DNA of 64,000 nucleotides from Macrostomum lignano (Eukaryota): NCBI GenBank assembly GCA_002269645.1, contig NIVC01000001.1, positions 248,001-312,000 on the forward strand. The letters run 5' to 3'. The translations under genes and the position numbers were made by a program. This document shows positions 1 to 12,600 of this stretch, piece by piece; within the stretch, counting starts at the first letter, position 1; each line of letters opens with the position of its first letter. Below the pieces are notes generated by a model. It was given only the letters and a program-made list of their open reading frames with translations. It did not search any database and was not told the origin of the DNA.

Positions 1-33
1 ATAAAGCAATCATCAACCATCCGGTGCGCGCAG

Positions 34-192
34 GAGGACATCTACTGGTGCACAGCGGACATTGGCTGGATCACCGGCCACTCGTACGTTGTTTACGGAC
101 CAATGGCCAACTGCGCCACATCCGTGATGTTCGAAGGCCTGCCAACTTGGCCTGACGCTGGCCGCTGCTGGGATGTTGTTGACAAATATAAG
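34..192 (+). CDS. ACSS2: ACS exon ([12 protein letters not shown]...VVDKYK)
   Basis: CAG acceptor at 31-33 (start approximate) and donor GTGAGC at 193. Confidence 0.8.
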
Positions 193-3100
193 GTGAGCTA
201 ATGACATCCACTGCTGTGGCAAAACATTCTCATTTGTATTCAACCTCTGTAATTTTCACTCCGCCAGGTCACCACATTCTACACCGCGCCCACCGCTATT
301 CGCACTCTGATGAAGTCCGGCGACGCCTTCGTTGAGCGTAGCAGCCGGGCCAGCCTCCGCATCATCGCCTCAGTTGGCGAGCCAATCAACCCCGAGGCCT
401 GGCTCTGGTACCACCGCGTGGTCGGCCGCTCCCGGTGCTCCGTGGTTGACACGTTTTGGCAGACCGAAACTGGCGGTCACGTGATCACCCCGCTGCCCGG
501 CGCCACGCCTACAAAGCCCGGCTCCGCCTGCTTCCCGTTCTTTGGCGTCCAGCCGGTGCTGTTGAACCCGGAGACTGGCGATGTTATTGAAGGCCCCGGC
601 GAGGGCTACCTGGTCTTCGCCGGGCCCTGGCCTGGCATCATGCGGACCGTGTTTGGTGACCACCCGCGCTATGAGCAGGTCTGCTCACACTACTCTCTGG
701 TTTCTGATTTGCTTGCCTCTCCGCTCCCTACTGAGCCCGCCTCTCCTCTCCCTACTGAACCTGCCTCTCCGCTCCCTACTGAATCCGCTTCTCCTCTCCC
801 TACTGAGCCCGCCTCTCCGCTCCCTACTGAGCCCGCCTCTCCGCTCCCTACTGAATCAGCCTCTCCGCTCCCTACTGAGCCTGCCTCTCCTCTCCCTACT
901 GAGCCTGCCTCTCCGCTCCCTACTGAGCCCGCCTCTCCTCTCCCTACTGAACCTGCCTCTCCGCTCCCTACTGAGCCCGCCTCTCCGCTCCCTACTGAAT
1001 CAGCCTCTCCGCTCCCTACTGAGCCTGCCTCTCCTCTCCCTACTGAGCCTGCCTCTCCGCTCCCTACTGAGCCCGCCTCTCCTCTCCCTACTGAACCTGC
1101 CTCTCCGCTCCCTACTGAGCCCGCCTCTCCGCTCCCTACTGAACCTGCCTCTCCGCTCCCTACTGAGCCCGCCTCTCCTCTCCCTACTGAACCTGCCTCT
1201 CCGCTCCCTACTGAGCCCGCCTCTCCGCTCCCTACTGAGCCTGCCTCTCCGCTCCCTACTGAGCCCGCCTCTCCTCTCCCTACTGAACCTGCCTCTCCGC
1301 TCCCTACTGAGCCCGCCTCTCCGCTCCCTACTGAATCAGCCTCTCCGCTCCCTACTGAGCCTGCCTCTCCTCTCCCTACTGAGCCTGCCTCTCCGCTCCC
1401 TACTGAGCCCGCCTCTCCTCTCCCTACTGAACCTGCCTCTCCGCTCCCTACTGAGCCCGCCTCTCCGCTCCCTACTGAACCTGCCTCTCCGCTCCCTACT
1501 GAGCCCGCTTCTCCTCTCCCTACTGAACCTGCCTCTCCGCTCCCTACTGAGCCCGCCTCTCCGCTCCCTACTGAACCTGCCTCTCCGCTCCCTACTGAGC
1601 CCGCCTCTCCGCTCCCTACTGAACCCGCCTCTCCGCTCCCTACTGAGCCCGCCTCTCCGCTCCCTACTGAGCCTGCATCCGCTCCCTACTGAACCTGCCT
1701 CTCCGCTCCCTACTGAGCCCGCCTCTCCGCTCCCTACTGAACCTGCCTCTCCGCTCCCTACTGAGCCCGCCTCTCCGCTCCCTACTGAACCCGCCTCTCC
1801 GCTCCCTACTGAGCCCGCCTCTCCGCTCCCTACTGAGCCCGCCTCTCCGCTCCCTACTGAGCCTGCATCCGCTCCCTACTGAGCCCGCCTCTCCGCTCCC
1901 TACTGAGCCTGCCTCTCCGCTCCCTACTGAGCCCGCCTCTCCGCTCCCTACTGAGCCCGCCTCTCCGCTCCCTACTGAGCCCGCCTCTCCGCTCCCTACT
2001 GAGCCCGCCTCTCCGCTCCCTACTGAATCCGCCTCTCCGCTCCCTACTAAATCTGCCTCTCCGCTCCTTCAGTGCTTTCACCTGTCTGTGTATGCAAATA
2101 CGAGTACTTTGCAATCCACTCTTTATAATCATTATTCAGACCTACTTCTCCAAGTTCAACGGCTACTATACCACTGGCGACGGTGCTCAACGCGACAAGG
2201 ACGGCTACCTGTGGGTCACCGGCCGTATTGACGACATGATCAACGTTAGCGGGCACCTGTTGAGCACTGCTCAAATTGAATCGGCCCTAGTTGAGCATCC
2301 GAAAGTCGCTGAAGCCGCCGTTGTTGGACGGCATCACGATGTCAAGGTGTGTTTGCGATTCTCGACGCCTCTAATGATAGGCCATGATAATTGTCCCTGT
2401 AGCGATCGGAAAACTCCGGCCCTCGGGCCTTGTGCGGCCCGCCAAGCCTCTCTATATGGTCCTCTGGTCCTTTGCAACTTCACAATACGAGATAGCAATC
2501 CCGCCTAAGATTTGTGTCTCTTCTCAGCTCTCTCAGCCTTCTCTCCTCTCCCTTCTCTCATCTCCCCTCTCTCATCTCCCCTCTCTCATCTCCCATCTCT
2601 CATTCCCCTCTCTCCTCTGCCCTTTCTCCTCTCCCCTCTCTCCTCTCCCTTCTCTACTCTCCCCTCTCATCTCCCTTCTCTCCTCTCCCCTCTTTCCTCT
2701 CCCTTCTCCCCTCTCCCCTTTCGCCTCTCCCTCCTCTCCTCTCTCCTCTGCCCTCTCACCTCTCCCTTCTCTACTCTCCCCTCTCATCTCCCTTCTCTCC
2801 TCTCCCCTCTCATCTCCCTTCTCTCCTCTCCCCTCTTTCCTCTCCCCCCTCTCCTCTCTCTCCTCTCGCCTCTCGCCTCCCTTCTCTCATTTCCCCTCTC
2901 TCCTCTGCCCTCTCTCCTCTCCCCTCTCTCATCTCCCATCTCTCCTCTCCCTTCTCTCATTTCCCCTCTCTCCTCTGCCCTCTCTCCTCACCCCTCTTTC
3001 CTCTCCCCCCTCCCCTCTTCCCTCTCCCTTCTCTCCTCTCCCCTCTTTCCTCTCCTCTCTCTCCTCTTCCCTCTCTCCTCTTTCCTCTCCCTTCTCTCCT

Positions 3101-3597
3101 CTCCCCTCTCACCTCTCCCATCTCCTCTCCTCTCCCCTCTCACCTCTCCCTTCTCTCCTCTCCCCTCTCTCCTCTCCCTTCTTTCCTCTCCTCTCTTCTC
3201 TATTCCCTCTTTCCCTTACTCTGGCCGGCAGTCATGCGCTAGATTCTCCATTCTGCCTATTAAGGTAAAAAGTTTTCCAAACCCTTCCGTAGCCCTACTT
3301 AACCTGATCACACCTTTCCAGGGTGAGAGCGCTTACGCATTCGTAACTCTGAAGGACGGCGCCACCTTTGACGACAGCCTAGTGCGCCAGCTACTAGTAA
3401 TTGTGCGCGAACGAATTGGCGCCTTCGCCGCGCCCGACACTATCCAGGAGGCGCCGGCGCTGCCGAAAACTCGGTCTGGCAAAATTATGCGACGAATATT
3501 GCGAGAAATTGCCGCCAAAAGTGAGAACTATGGCGACGTGAGCACCCTGGCTGATCCTGGAGTTATTGAGACTCTGGTGGCGTTTCGGACCGTCTGA
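34..3597 (+). CDS. ACSS2: Acetyl-CoA synthetase (ACSS2-like), 3' part, 4 exons: 34-192, 268-678, 2140-2346, 3322-3597; 5' exons outside window
   Basis: The spliced translation gives AMP-forming ACS motifs: [57 protein letters not shown] and [15 protein letters not shown]. The three introns are GT-AG and phase 0. Confidence 0.95.
268..678 (+). CDS. ACSS2: ACS exon (VTTFYTAPT...HPRYEQ)
   Basis: ccgccAG acceptor, donor GT at 679; 137 codons. Confidence 0.92.
715..2068. repeat. 24-bp minisatellite (ccgctccctactgagcccgcctct)n in an ACS intron
   Basis: About 56 units; source of the PLPTEPAS and LLSPPLRS pseudo-ORFs. Confidence 0.95.
2140..2346 (+). CDS. ACSS2: ACS exon (TYFSKFNG...HHDVK)
   Basis: attcAG acceptor, donor GTGTGT at 2347; 69 codons. 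Confidence 0.92.
2520..3215. repeat. CT-rich low-complexity tract in the last ACS intron
   Basis: Almost pure C/T on the + strand. Confidence 0.9.
3322..3597 (+). CDS. ACSS2: ACS last exon (GESAYAFV...AFRTV*)
   Basis: tttccAG acceptor, TGA at 3595-3597; contains PKTRSGK. Confidence 0.92.
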   Translation, partial: GESAYAFVTLKDGATFDDSLVRQLLVIVRERIGAFAAPDTIQEAPALPKTRSGKIMRRILREIAAKSENYGDVSTLADPGVIETLVAFRTV

Positions 3598-3764
3598 GCT
3601 GATGAGCTGAATGGCAAATTCAGTGACTTCTATTTTCTATTGTAATTTACTCCATTTGGTCATGCGAGTTGAGTTTCTTTAGTTGCAAAAATAACTTCGT
3701 GCACTGATCATGACTAGACTGATTTTTGTCAGCAAGGGGTTCCTGTGAACTTCTTTTACATTTA

Positions 3765-4345
3765 CTCTGCTGTTGGAGGTCAACTGACCCCCTGTTTGTA
3801 ACGTCTAGTTTGATTTCTATCGATTCTGCTCCTGGGTGGGTCAACTGACCCCCTGTATGTAACGTCTAGTTTGATTTCTATCGATTCTGCTCCTGGGTGG
3901 GTCAACTGACCCCCTATATGTAACGTCTAGTTTGATTTCCATCGATTCTGCTCCTGGAGGGGTCAACTGACCTCCTATATGTAGCGTCCAGTTTGATTTC
4001 CATCGATTCTGCTCCTGGGTGGGTCAACTGACCTCCTATATGTAACGTCCAGTTTGATTTCCATCGATTCTGCTCCTGGGTGGGTCAACTGACCTCCTAT
4101 ATGTAACGTCCAGTTTGATTTCCATCGATTCTGCTCCTGGGTGGGTCAACTGACCTCCTATATGTAACGTCCAGTTTGATTTCCATCGATTCTGCTCCTG
4201 GAGGGGTCAACTGACCCCCTATATGTAGCGTCTAGTTTGATTTCCATTGGTTCTAATCCTCCTGGGGTCAACTGACCCCTATACGAGAATGCAGCGTCAA
4301 GTTTGATTTAAATTGATTTTAATCCTGGTGGGGTCAGCTGACCCT
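3765..4345. repeat. ~60-bp tandem repeat containing the inverted repeat GGGTCA-AC-TGACC(C/T)
   Basis: About 10 units of gggtcaactgacc(c/t)ctatatgtaacgtc(t/c)agtttgatttccatcgattctgctcctgggt. Confidence 0.9.
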
Positions 4346-4995
4346 CCCACTTGATTTTCATTTATTCAGCCCTTCAAAAAGTCTTTATGTATTTGTAAAT
4401 TTGTTTGTCTGACATGTAGCTCAGATATCTCCTTAGCTTATTTAACTAAATTGTCTAATTATGCTACTTACCGTCACGCATTATTACATTTACCTAGTAG
4501 TAAAGTGCGCACATGAACATTCCTATCGCCAGTTCCATGTCGCATCCCTGCCACTTCCAGCCTAGTCTTAAAAAATTTTTCTTTTTGTTGCATTGCTTTT
4601 GGGGGAAATCTTTTAGCTTTTCTATGCGATTGAGACCGATCAACTAGTGAAAATATCCCTTGCCGTCGTGATTTTGTTGTGTTTCTGCTATTTATTTTCC
4701 AGGAAACTATCCTGTTTCAAAACGGTGCACATCGCTTTGTTATTATTGGTTCAATTCGTTATCAATATCGACTCCGTGGAACTTACTTCATTTTATCCGT
4801 CTTTGCTGCTTACTTTTTTGTGCCAACAAATTTACTTTTGTTATTTTCTCATCTTCCGCATATGTAGTTCGCAACTGACTAATTAGACATTCTTATGGTT
4901 GCAGACAGGTAACATTTGCTACCCTGTAAAATCTTAAATCATTGAATTCCAATACTTAGACTTTGACATGAAAATCTTTATGTTGTGACGCAAAA

Positions 4996-5988
4996 CCTCC
5001 CAGATCCTCAGTTGCTGTGCCAGCCTCCCAGATCCTCAGTTGCTGTGCCAGCCTCCCAGATCCTCAGTTGCTGTGCCAGCCTCCCAGATCCTCAGTTTCT
5101 GGGCCAGCCTCCCAGATCTTCAGTTGCTGTGCCAGCCTCCCAGATCTTCAGTTGCTGTGCCAGCCTCCCAGATCCTCAGTTGCTGGGCCAGCCTCCCAGA
5201 TCTTCAGTTGCTGTGCCAGCCTCCCAGATCCTCAGTTGCTGTGCCAGCCTCCCAGATCCTCAGTTGCTGGGCCAGCCTCCCAGATCCTCAGTTGGTGGGC
5301 CAGCCTCCCAGATCCCCCAGTTGCTGGGCCAGCCTCCCAGAGCCTCAGTTGCTGGGCCAGCCTCCCAGATCCTCATTTGCTATGCCAGCCTCCGAGATCC
5401 TCAGTTGCTATGCCACCCTCCGAGATCCTCAGTTGCTATGCCAGCCTCCAAGATCCTCAGTTGCTATGCCACCCTCCGAGATCCTCAGTTGGTGGGCCAG
5501 CCTCCGAGATCCTCAGTTGCTATGCCACCCTCCGAGATCCTCAGTTGCTATGCCACCCTCCGAGATCCTCAGTTGCCGGGCCAGCCTCCCAGATCCTCAG
5601 TTGCTATGCCACCCTCCGAGATCCTCAGTTGCTGGGCCAGCCTCCGAGATCCTCAGTTGCTATGCCACCCTCCCAGATCCTCAGTTGCTGGGCCAGCCTC
5701 CCAGATCCTCAGTTGCTATGCCACCCTCCGAGATCCTCAGTTGCTGGGCCAGCCTCCGAGATCCTCAGTTGCTATGCCACCCTCCGAGATCCTCAGTTGC
5801 TATGCCAGCCTCCAAGATCCTCAGTTGCTATGCCACCCTCCGAGATCCTCAGTTGCTGGGCCAGCCTCCGAGATCCTCAGTTGCTATGCCACCCTCCGAG
5901 ATCCTCAGTTGCTATGCCAGCCTCCAAGATCCTCAGTTGCTATGCCACCCTCCGAGATCCTCAGTTGCTGGGCCACCCTCCCAGACTT
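4996..5988. repeat. 28-bp minisatellite, array A (cccagatcctcagttgctgggccagcct)n
   Basis: Direct tandem repeats; explains three overlapping pseudo-ORFs. Confidence 0.95.
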
Positions 5989-6417
5989 CGCTGCTTCCTT
6001 GCCTTCCATTTAGCACCATACCGCCTTTACTTTTAATATTACTTCAATGCGCGGGTCTTACATTTGTCAATGAATTTCAGTTGAGCAAATGCTATATACG
6101 GATAATTAGTGCGTTTGCATAAATCCCCTATTGTTGCGTTTTTGCTTGATTCGTAATTTTTATTATTGTCAATTTGTTAGGACTTTATAACACACTTGCT
6201 TATCTATTATCCTCTTACTGCTGTCATTTTATTCACAATAAAGTCCATTTGCACACGGTACCATTTTAGGCTACTATTCATATAAGTAGTGCGTTGGAAC
6301 TTTTTAATTATTTAGCGTTTTTTTGTTCTAGTAATGTCACTTTAGACTTAACATTTGGTCTTTGTCTCTCAAACTAGTTTTCATCGGAAAGTTGCTAAGC
6401 TTACCCCTAATCCTGAT

Positions 6418-7612
6418 CTTTCATTAATTAGCTACCCCTTACTCTACCATTCAGTAATTAGCTACCCCTTACTCTACCATTCAGTAATTAGGTACCCCTT
6501 ACCCTTCCATTCAGTAATTAGCTACCCCTTACTCTACCATTCAGTAATTAGCTACCCCTTACTCTACCATTCAGTAATTAGGTACCCCTTACCCTTCCAT
6601 TCAGTAATTAGCTACCCCTTACTCTACCATTCAGTAATTAGCTACCCCTTACTCTACCATTCAGTAATTAGCTACCCCTTACCCTTCCATTCAGTAATTA
6701 GCTACCCCTTACTCTACCATTCAGTAATTAGCTACCACTTACTCTACCATTCAGTAATTAGCTACCCCTTACTCTACCATTCAGTAATTAGGTACCCCTT
6801 ACCCTTCCATTCAGTAATTAGCTACCCCTTACTCTACCATTCAGTAATTAGCTACCCCTTACTCTACCATTCAGTAATTAGCTACCCCTTACTCTACCAT
6901 TCAGTAATTAGCTACCCCTTACCCTTCCATTCAGTAATTAGCTACCCCTTACTCTACCATTCAGTAATTAGCTACCCCTTACTCTACCATTCAGTAATTA
7001 GCTACCCCTTACTCTACCATTCAGTAATTAGCTACCCCTTACTCTACCATTCAGTAATTAGCTACCTCTTACTCTACCATTCAGTAATTAGCTACCCCTT
7101 ACTCTACCATTCAGTAATTAGCTACCCCTTACTCTACCATTCAGTAATTAGCTACCCCTTACTCTACTATTCAGTAATTAGCTACCCCTTACTCTACCAT
7201 TCAGTAATTAGCTACCCCTTACTCTACTATTCAGTAATTAGCTACCCCTTACTCTACTATTCATTAATTAGCTACCCCTTACCCTACCATTCAGTAATTA
7301 GCTACCCCTTACTCTACCATTCAGTAATTAGCTACCCCTTACTCTACCATTCAGTAATTAGCTACCCCTTACCCTTCCATTCAGTAATTAGCTACCCCTT
7401 ACTCTACCATTCAGTAATTAGCTACCCCTTACTCTACCATTCAGTAATTAGCTACCCCTTACCCTTCCATTCAGTAATTAGCTACCCCTTACTCTACCAT
7501 TCAGTAATTAGCTACCCCTTACTCTACCATTCAGTAATTAGCTACCCCTTACTCTACTATTCAGTAATTAGCTACCCCTTACTCTACCATTCAGTAATTA
7601 GCTACCCCTCTA
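6418..7612. repeat. 30-bp minisatellite (tcagtaattagctaccccttactctaccat)n
   Basis: About 40 units aligned to the 60-nt lines. Confidence 0.95.
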
Positions 7613-7963
7613 TCATTCTGAGCTAGTGAGTGTGCTTATTAGTGGGCTACGCGCTTTATTTCTGTGCAGCAATCTGATTCCCTACTTGAGTGCAGCTTGT
7701 CAGACACAGCATTGGTATGCAGCTAAAAGGGGTGAAGGCAAGAAAAAAGAAATTTGAACTTTGACCCGCCCTCTGCACCTGGGGGAGGGCAAAGACGAAT
7801 AGCCGTTAAATGAACTGCTATTTAAGCTGCAATTTTTTTCAAATTTCAAGATTTACGAGTAGTGTTTGTTATTTGTGCAGTATCTAATGTGTCCCCGTTG
7901 CAGCAAGCTGTTGAGCCATTGACAGAAGTAGTCTAAGTTAGTCCCTCAGACCCACCGCGACCT

Positions 7964-8805
7964 TCTCAGATCCTCAGTTGCTGGGCCAGCCTCCCAGATC
8001 CTCAGTTGCTGGGCCAGCCTCCCAGAACCTCAGTTGCTAGGCCAGCCACACAGATCCTCAGTTGCTGGGTTAGCCTCCCAAATCCTAAGTTGCTAGACCA
8101 GCCTCCCAGATCTTCAGTTGCTGGACCAGCCTCCCAGATCCTCAGTTGCTGGGCCAGCCTCCCAGATCCTCAGTTGCTAGGCCAGCCACACAGATCCTCA
8201 GTTGCTGGATTAGCCTCCCAAATCCTAAGTTGCTAGACCAGCCTCCCAGATCTTCAGTTGCTGGACCAGCCTCCCAGATCCTCATTTGCAGTGCCACCCT
8301 CCGAGATCCTCACTTGCTATGCCACCCTCCGAGATCCTCAGTTGCTATGCCACCCTCCGAGATCCTCAGTTGCTATGCCACCCTCCGAGATCCTCAGTTG
8401 CTGGGCCAGCCTCCGAGATCCTCAGTTGCTATGCCACCCTCCCAGATCCTCAGTTGCTGGGCCAGCCTCCCAGATCCTCAGTTGCTATGCCACCCTCCGA
8501 GATCCTCAGTTGCTGGGCCAGCCTCCCAGATCCTCAGTTGCTATGCCACCCTCCGAGATCCTCAGTTGCTGGGCCAGCCTCCGAGATCCTCAGTTGCTAT
8601 GCCACCCTCCGAGATCCTCAGTTGCTGGGCCAGCCTCCCAGATCCTAAGTTGCTGGGCCAGCCTCCCAGATCCTAAGTTGCTGGGCCAGCCTCCCAGATC
8701 CTCAGTTGCTGGGCCAGCCTCCCAGATCTTCAGTTGCTGGGCCAGCCTCCCAGATCCTCAGTTGCTGGGCCAGCCTCCCAGATCCTCAGTTGCTGGGCCA
8801 CCGCT
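7964..8805. repeat. 28-bp minisatellite, array B (same family as 4996-5988)
   Basis: Same unit and same ctatgccaccctccgagat variant. Confidence 0.95.
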
Positions 8806-9087
8806 ACGCTCTCAGATGCCCTAGCAACGGCCACACCCCCGCAAATCCTCAGCCTGGACCAGCACATGTCTCATGAAAATAGAACCTCTCATTAGTAGTG
8901 AAAGAGCTGAATAAGAAGCTCAGTGCTGGACTGAGTCTGTTATCTCTTAGCCGAGCCAGTAGCAGTCAGTGGCTTGGCCTCGGATTGAATCTCTAAGTGT
9001 ATAAAGCTCAGCGCTTAGAACAGTGGCTAGGCTACTCTGCCCAGGACTATCTAGTCTTACACAGACGCCCCTGTACACTGGCTTCTA

Positions 9088-9118
9088 GCCCTTGCGTTCC
9101 CGTCTCCGCCCTCTTCAG
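9088..9118 (+). promoter_or_regulatory. 3' splice acceptor 5 nt upstream of the HADHA ATG (candidate trans-splice site or 5'UTR intron acceptor)
   Basis: cccttgcgttcccgtctccgccctcttcAG|ccccgATG: pyrimidine tract plus CAG. Confidence 0.5.
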
Positions 9119-9123
9119 CCCCG

Positions 9124-9685
9124 ATGCTCCGAGCAGCTCTGCTAGCCGCCAGTGGCAGTCGAATCGCCACTCGGACTGCCCTGCATCATCAGTCTCAGCT
9201 GCTTGGCAGCACTAATCGTCTAGTTGCCATGGCAACCGCCGCCCGGGACAAGCACGTCAGCAGCAGCGTACGCGACGGTGTCGCTGTGCTGAAATTCGAC
9301 AGTCCGGACGCCAAGGTGAACACGCTGAGCAAGGAGTCGCAGGCTGAGCTGATGTCGGCCCTGAGAGCGGCCGAGTCCAATTCAGACGTGAAAGCGCTGG
9401 TGCTGATCTCCGGTAAGCCCGCCTGCTTCATCGCTGGCGCCGACATCCAGATGCTGGCCTCGTGCAAATCCGCCGCCGAGGTCACCCAGCTGTCCAAGGC
9501 CGGTCAGGCCGACTTGCAGGCGCTGGAGGACTGCAAGAAGCCCGTGGTGGCGGCCATCATGGGCCAGTGCCTTGGCGGCGGACTGGAGGTCGCCTTGGCT
9601 GCGCACTATCGCATCGCCGTCAACGATAAGAAAACTGTGCTCGGTCTGCCGGAGGTTCTGCTCGGCCTTCTGCCTGGCGCCGGAG
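9124..9685 (+). CDS. HADHA: HADHA exon 1
   Basis: ATG at 9124; donor G|GTAAA at 9686, phase 1. Confidence 0.9.
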
Positions 9686-12600
9686 GTAAAATAAATCTTG
9701 TTTCTATGTTGCCGATATGTATCGAAAATATCCATCAACCTGATCTATAGAGGCCGAGGTTTTTTAAGCATTAGCCGATATGTATCGAAAATTTCGTCAC
9801 AGAGGCTACATGCATTAGCCGATATGTATCGAAAATTTTCATCACACAGAGGCTACATGCATTAGCCGATATGTATCGAAAATTTCGTCACACAAAGGCT
9901 ACATGCATTAGCCGATATGTATCGAAAACTTCATCACACAGAGGCTAGATGCATTAGCCGATATGTATCGAAAAATTTCATCACAGAGGCTACATGCATT
10001 TGCCGATATGTATCAAACCAAAACGCAATTTTCCGCAGGCACTCAACGCCTTCCCCGATTGGTGCCGATAACCGAAGCCCTGTCGATGATCCTGCAGGGC
10101 AAAAATGTGCCAGCTAAAAAAGCCAAGCGCATCGGCCTGGTGCACCAACTGGTTGAGCCGCTCGGGCCGGGACTGGACGCACCTGAGAACAACACTTTGC
10201 GCCTGCTGGAGGACGTTGCCGTGGAAACGGCATCCGGTTTGGCCAGCGGTCGGGTGAAGCCGACTCCGCGATCGCCCTCTCTGGCCGAACGGGCCACCGC
10301 TATGATGCTCAACTACAGCTGGGGCAGGAACTTCATCTTCGAGCGGCAGGCCCGGGCCACTGTCATGAAGCAGACTGGCGGCCTGTACCCCGCCCCGCTG
10401 AAGATCATCGACCTGCTCAAGGCCTGTCAGGAGCGGCCGCAGGACCGCCAGTTCGGCTTCGATCTGGAGGCTAAGGTGAGGGCGTCTGCTGCCGCCTCTC
10501 CGCCCCTTCCTTTCCCATTGAATCTGCCGCCCCTCCCTTTCCCATTGAATCTGCCGCCCCTTCCTTTCCGACTGAATCTGCCGCCTCTCCGCCCCTTCCT
10601 TTCCGACTGAATCTGCCGCCTCTCCGCCCCTTCCTTTCCGACTGAATCTGCCGCCTCTCCGCCCCTTCCTTTCCGACTGAATCTGCCGCCTCTCCGCCCC
10701 TTCCTTTCCGACTGAATCTGCCGCCTCTCCGCCCCTTCCTTTCGGACTGAATCTGCCGCCTCTCCGCCCCTTCCTTTCCGACTGAATCTGCCGCCTCTCC
10801 GCCCCTTCCTTTCCGACTGAATCTGCCGCCTCTCCGCCCCTTCCTTTCGGACTGAATCTGCCGCCTCTCCGCCCCTTCCTTTCCGACTGAATCTGCCGCC
10901 TCTCCGCCCCTTCCTTTCCGACTGAATCTGCCGCCTCTCCGCCCCTTCCTTTCGGACTGAATCTGCCGCCTCTCCGTCCCTTCCTTTCCGACTGAATCTG
11001 CCGCCTCTCCCTTTCCCATTGAATCTGCCGCCCCTCCCTTGCCGCCTCTCCACTCTGCCTGAACTTCGCCTTCATTCTCCTGCTGCTGCATGCAATCAGT
11101 TAATTTCGCAAGCGCACCCGCACTCGCACCGGCAGTCATTTGGCGAGCTGGCCGCCACGCCAGAGTCCAAGGCGCTGTTCGGCCTGTTCTTCGGCCAGAC
11201 CGAGACCAAGAAGAACCGCTGGGGCAAGCCGCAGCGCCCCACCCAGTGCGTCGGCGTCCTCGGCGCCGGCCTGATGGGCGCCGGCATCGCGCAGGTCACC
11301 ATCGACAAGGGCCTGGCCACGGTGATGAAGGACGCCAACGAGGCTGGCTTGGCTCGCGGCCAGGAACAGATCCAGTCCGGGCTGAAGGGTCAGGTATGCG
11401 GAACTCTACCTGACTTATCATCTACGTTTAGCCCTCACACCTTACCGTGACCGATGCATAGGCGCGAACAAGCAGACTAAATAGAATTTGTTATGAATGC
11501 AAAATGCGATTCCAATTCATAAAGTAACGTCGCAGTCGCAGATGCGCTTTAGATGCAACTCAGCGATTTTACAGCGACTCCAGCACGGCTCAGATCTGAC
11601 TCTATGGCCCCAGAGTCATTATAGAAGCGACTCTTTGACAACTTTTTAGCGACTTGTACCGTGACATCTGGTCGTTTTAGAGTCGTCTAGAGTCACTTCT
11701 TTCCTATTTTCCCTGTGTTTCCTGCAACGAATCTGGGACTCTTCTTGGCCTTGAAACTGGCCTCGACTTTTCGACGAGATAGAAAATTTCGACATTGCAA
11801 TACGCCAGTATCTTAGCTTAATTACCTTAACACATCTCCATCACTAATCGCTGGGTAATGCTCTGTCAATCAATCAACTCATTAAAGGTGAAGCGGAAAC
11901 GCCTGAGCAGTTTTGAGGCTGACCGGCTCTACTCAAACCTCACCGCCACCCTGGACTATGCCGAGCTGAAACGCTGCGACATCGTTGTCGAGGCCGTGTT
12001 TGAAGACATCAACATCAAGCACCGCGTATTGAAGGAAGTCGAAGCCGTCATCCCGCCGCACTGCGTGTTCGCCAGCAACACCTCCGCCCTGCCCATCGCC
12101 GAGATCGCCAAGGGCAGCCAGCGGCCGGACAAGGTGATCGGCATGCACTATTTCTCTCCTGTGGACAAGATGCAGCTGCTGGAGATCATCAGCACCAAGC
12201 AGACCAGCGAGGAGACTCTGCGCACCGCCGTGGATCTCGGCCTCCGCCAGGGCAAACTGGTCATCCACGTTGGCGACGGGCCCGGATTCTACACCACCCG
12301 GATCCTGGCGCCAATGCTGGCCGAAGCCATCCGCCTGCTGCAGGAGGGTGTCCGGCCCGCCGAGCTGGACAAGGCCACCAAGAGCTTCGGCTGGCCTGTT
12401 GGCGTCGCCACGCTGGCTGATGAAGTCGGCATCGACGTAGCGGCTCACGTTGCCGAGGATTTGGGCAAGGTGGGTGAATCGGTTGAGAGCGGGATCTGGG
12501 GGAAATAAGAGCGTTTTGTCTTATTCAATACGACCTGAATAATGACCCCCAAAATCTGAATAATGACTCCCGAAGTCTGAATAATAACCCAAAAATCTCA

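Noticed and set aside
6418-7612. About 40 TAATTA homeodomain sites as an enhancer
   Set aside because: A 6-bp AT-rich palindrome in one amplified unit is expected by chance; nothing else supports a function.
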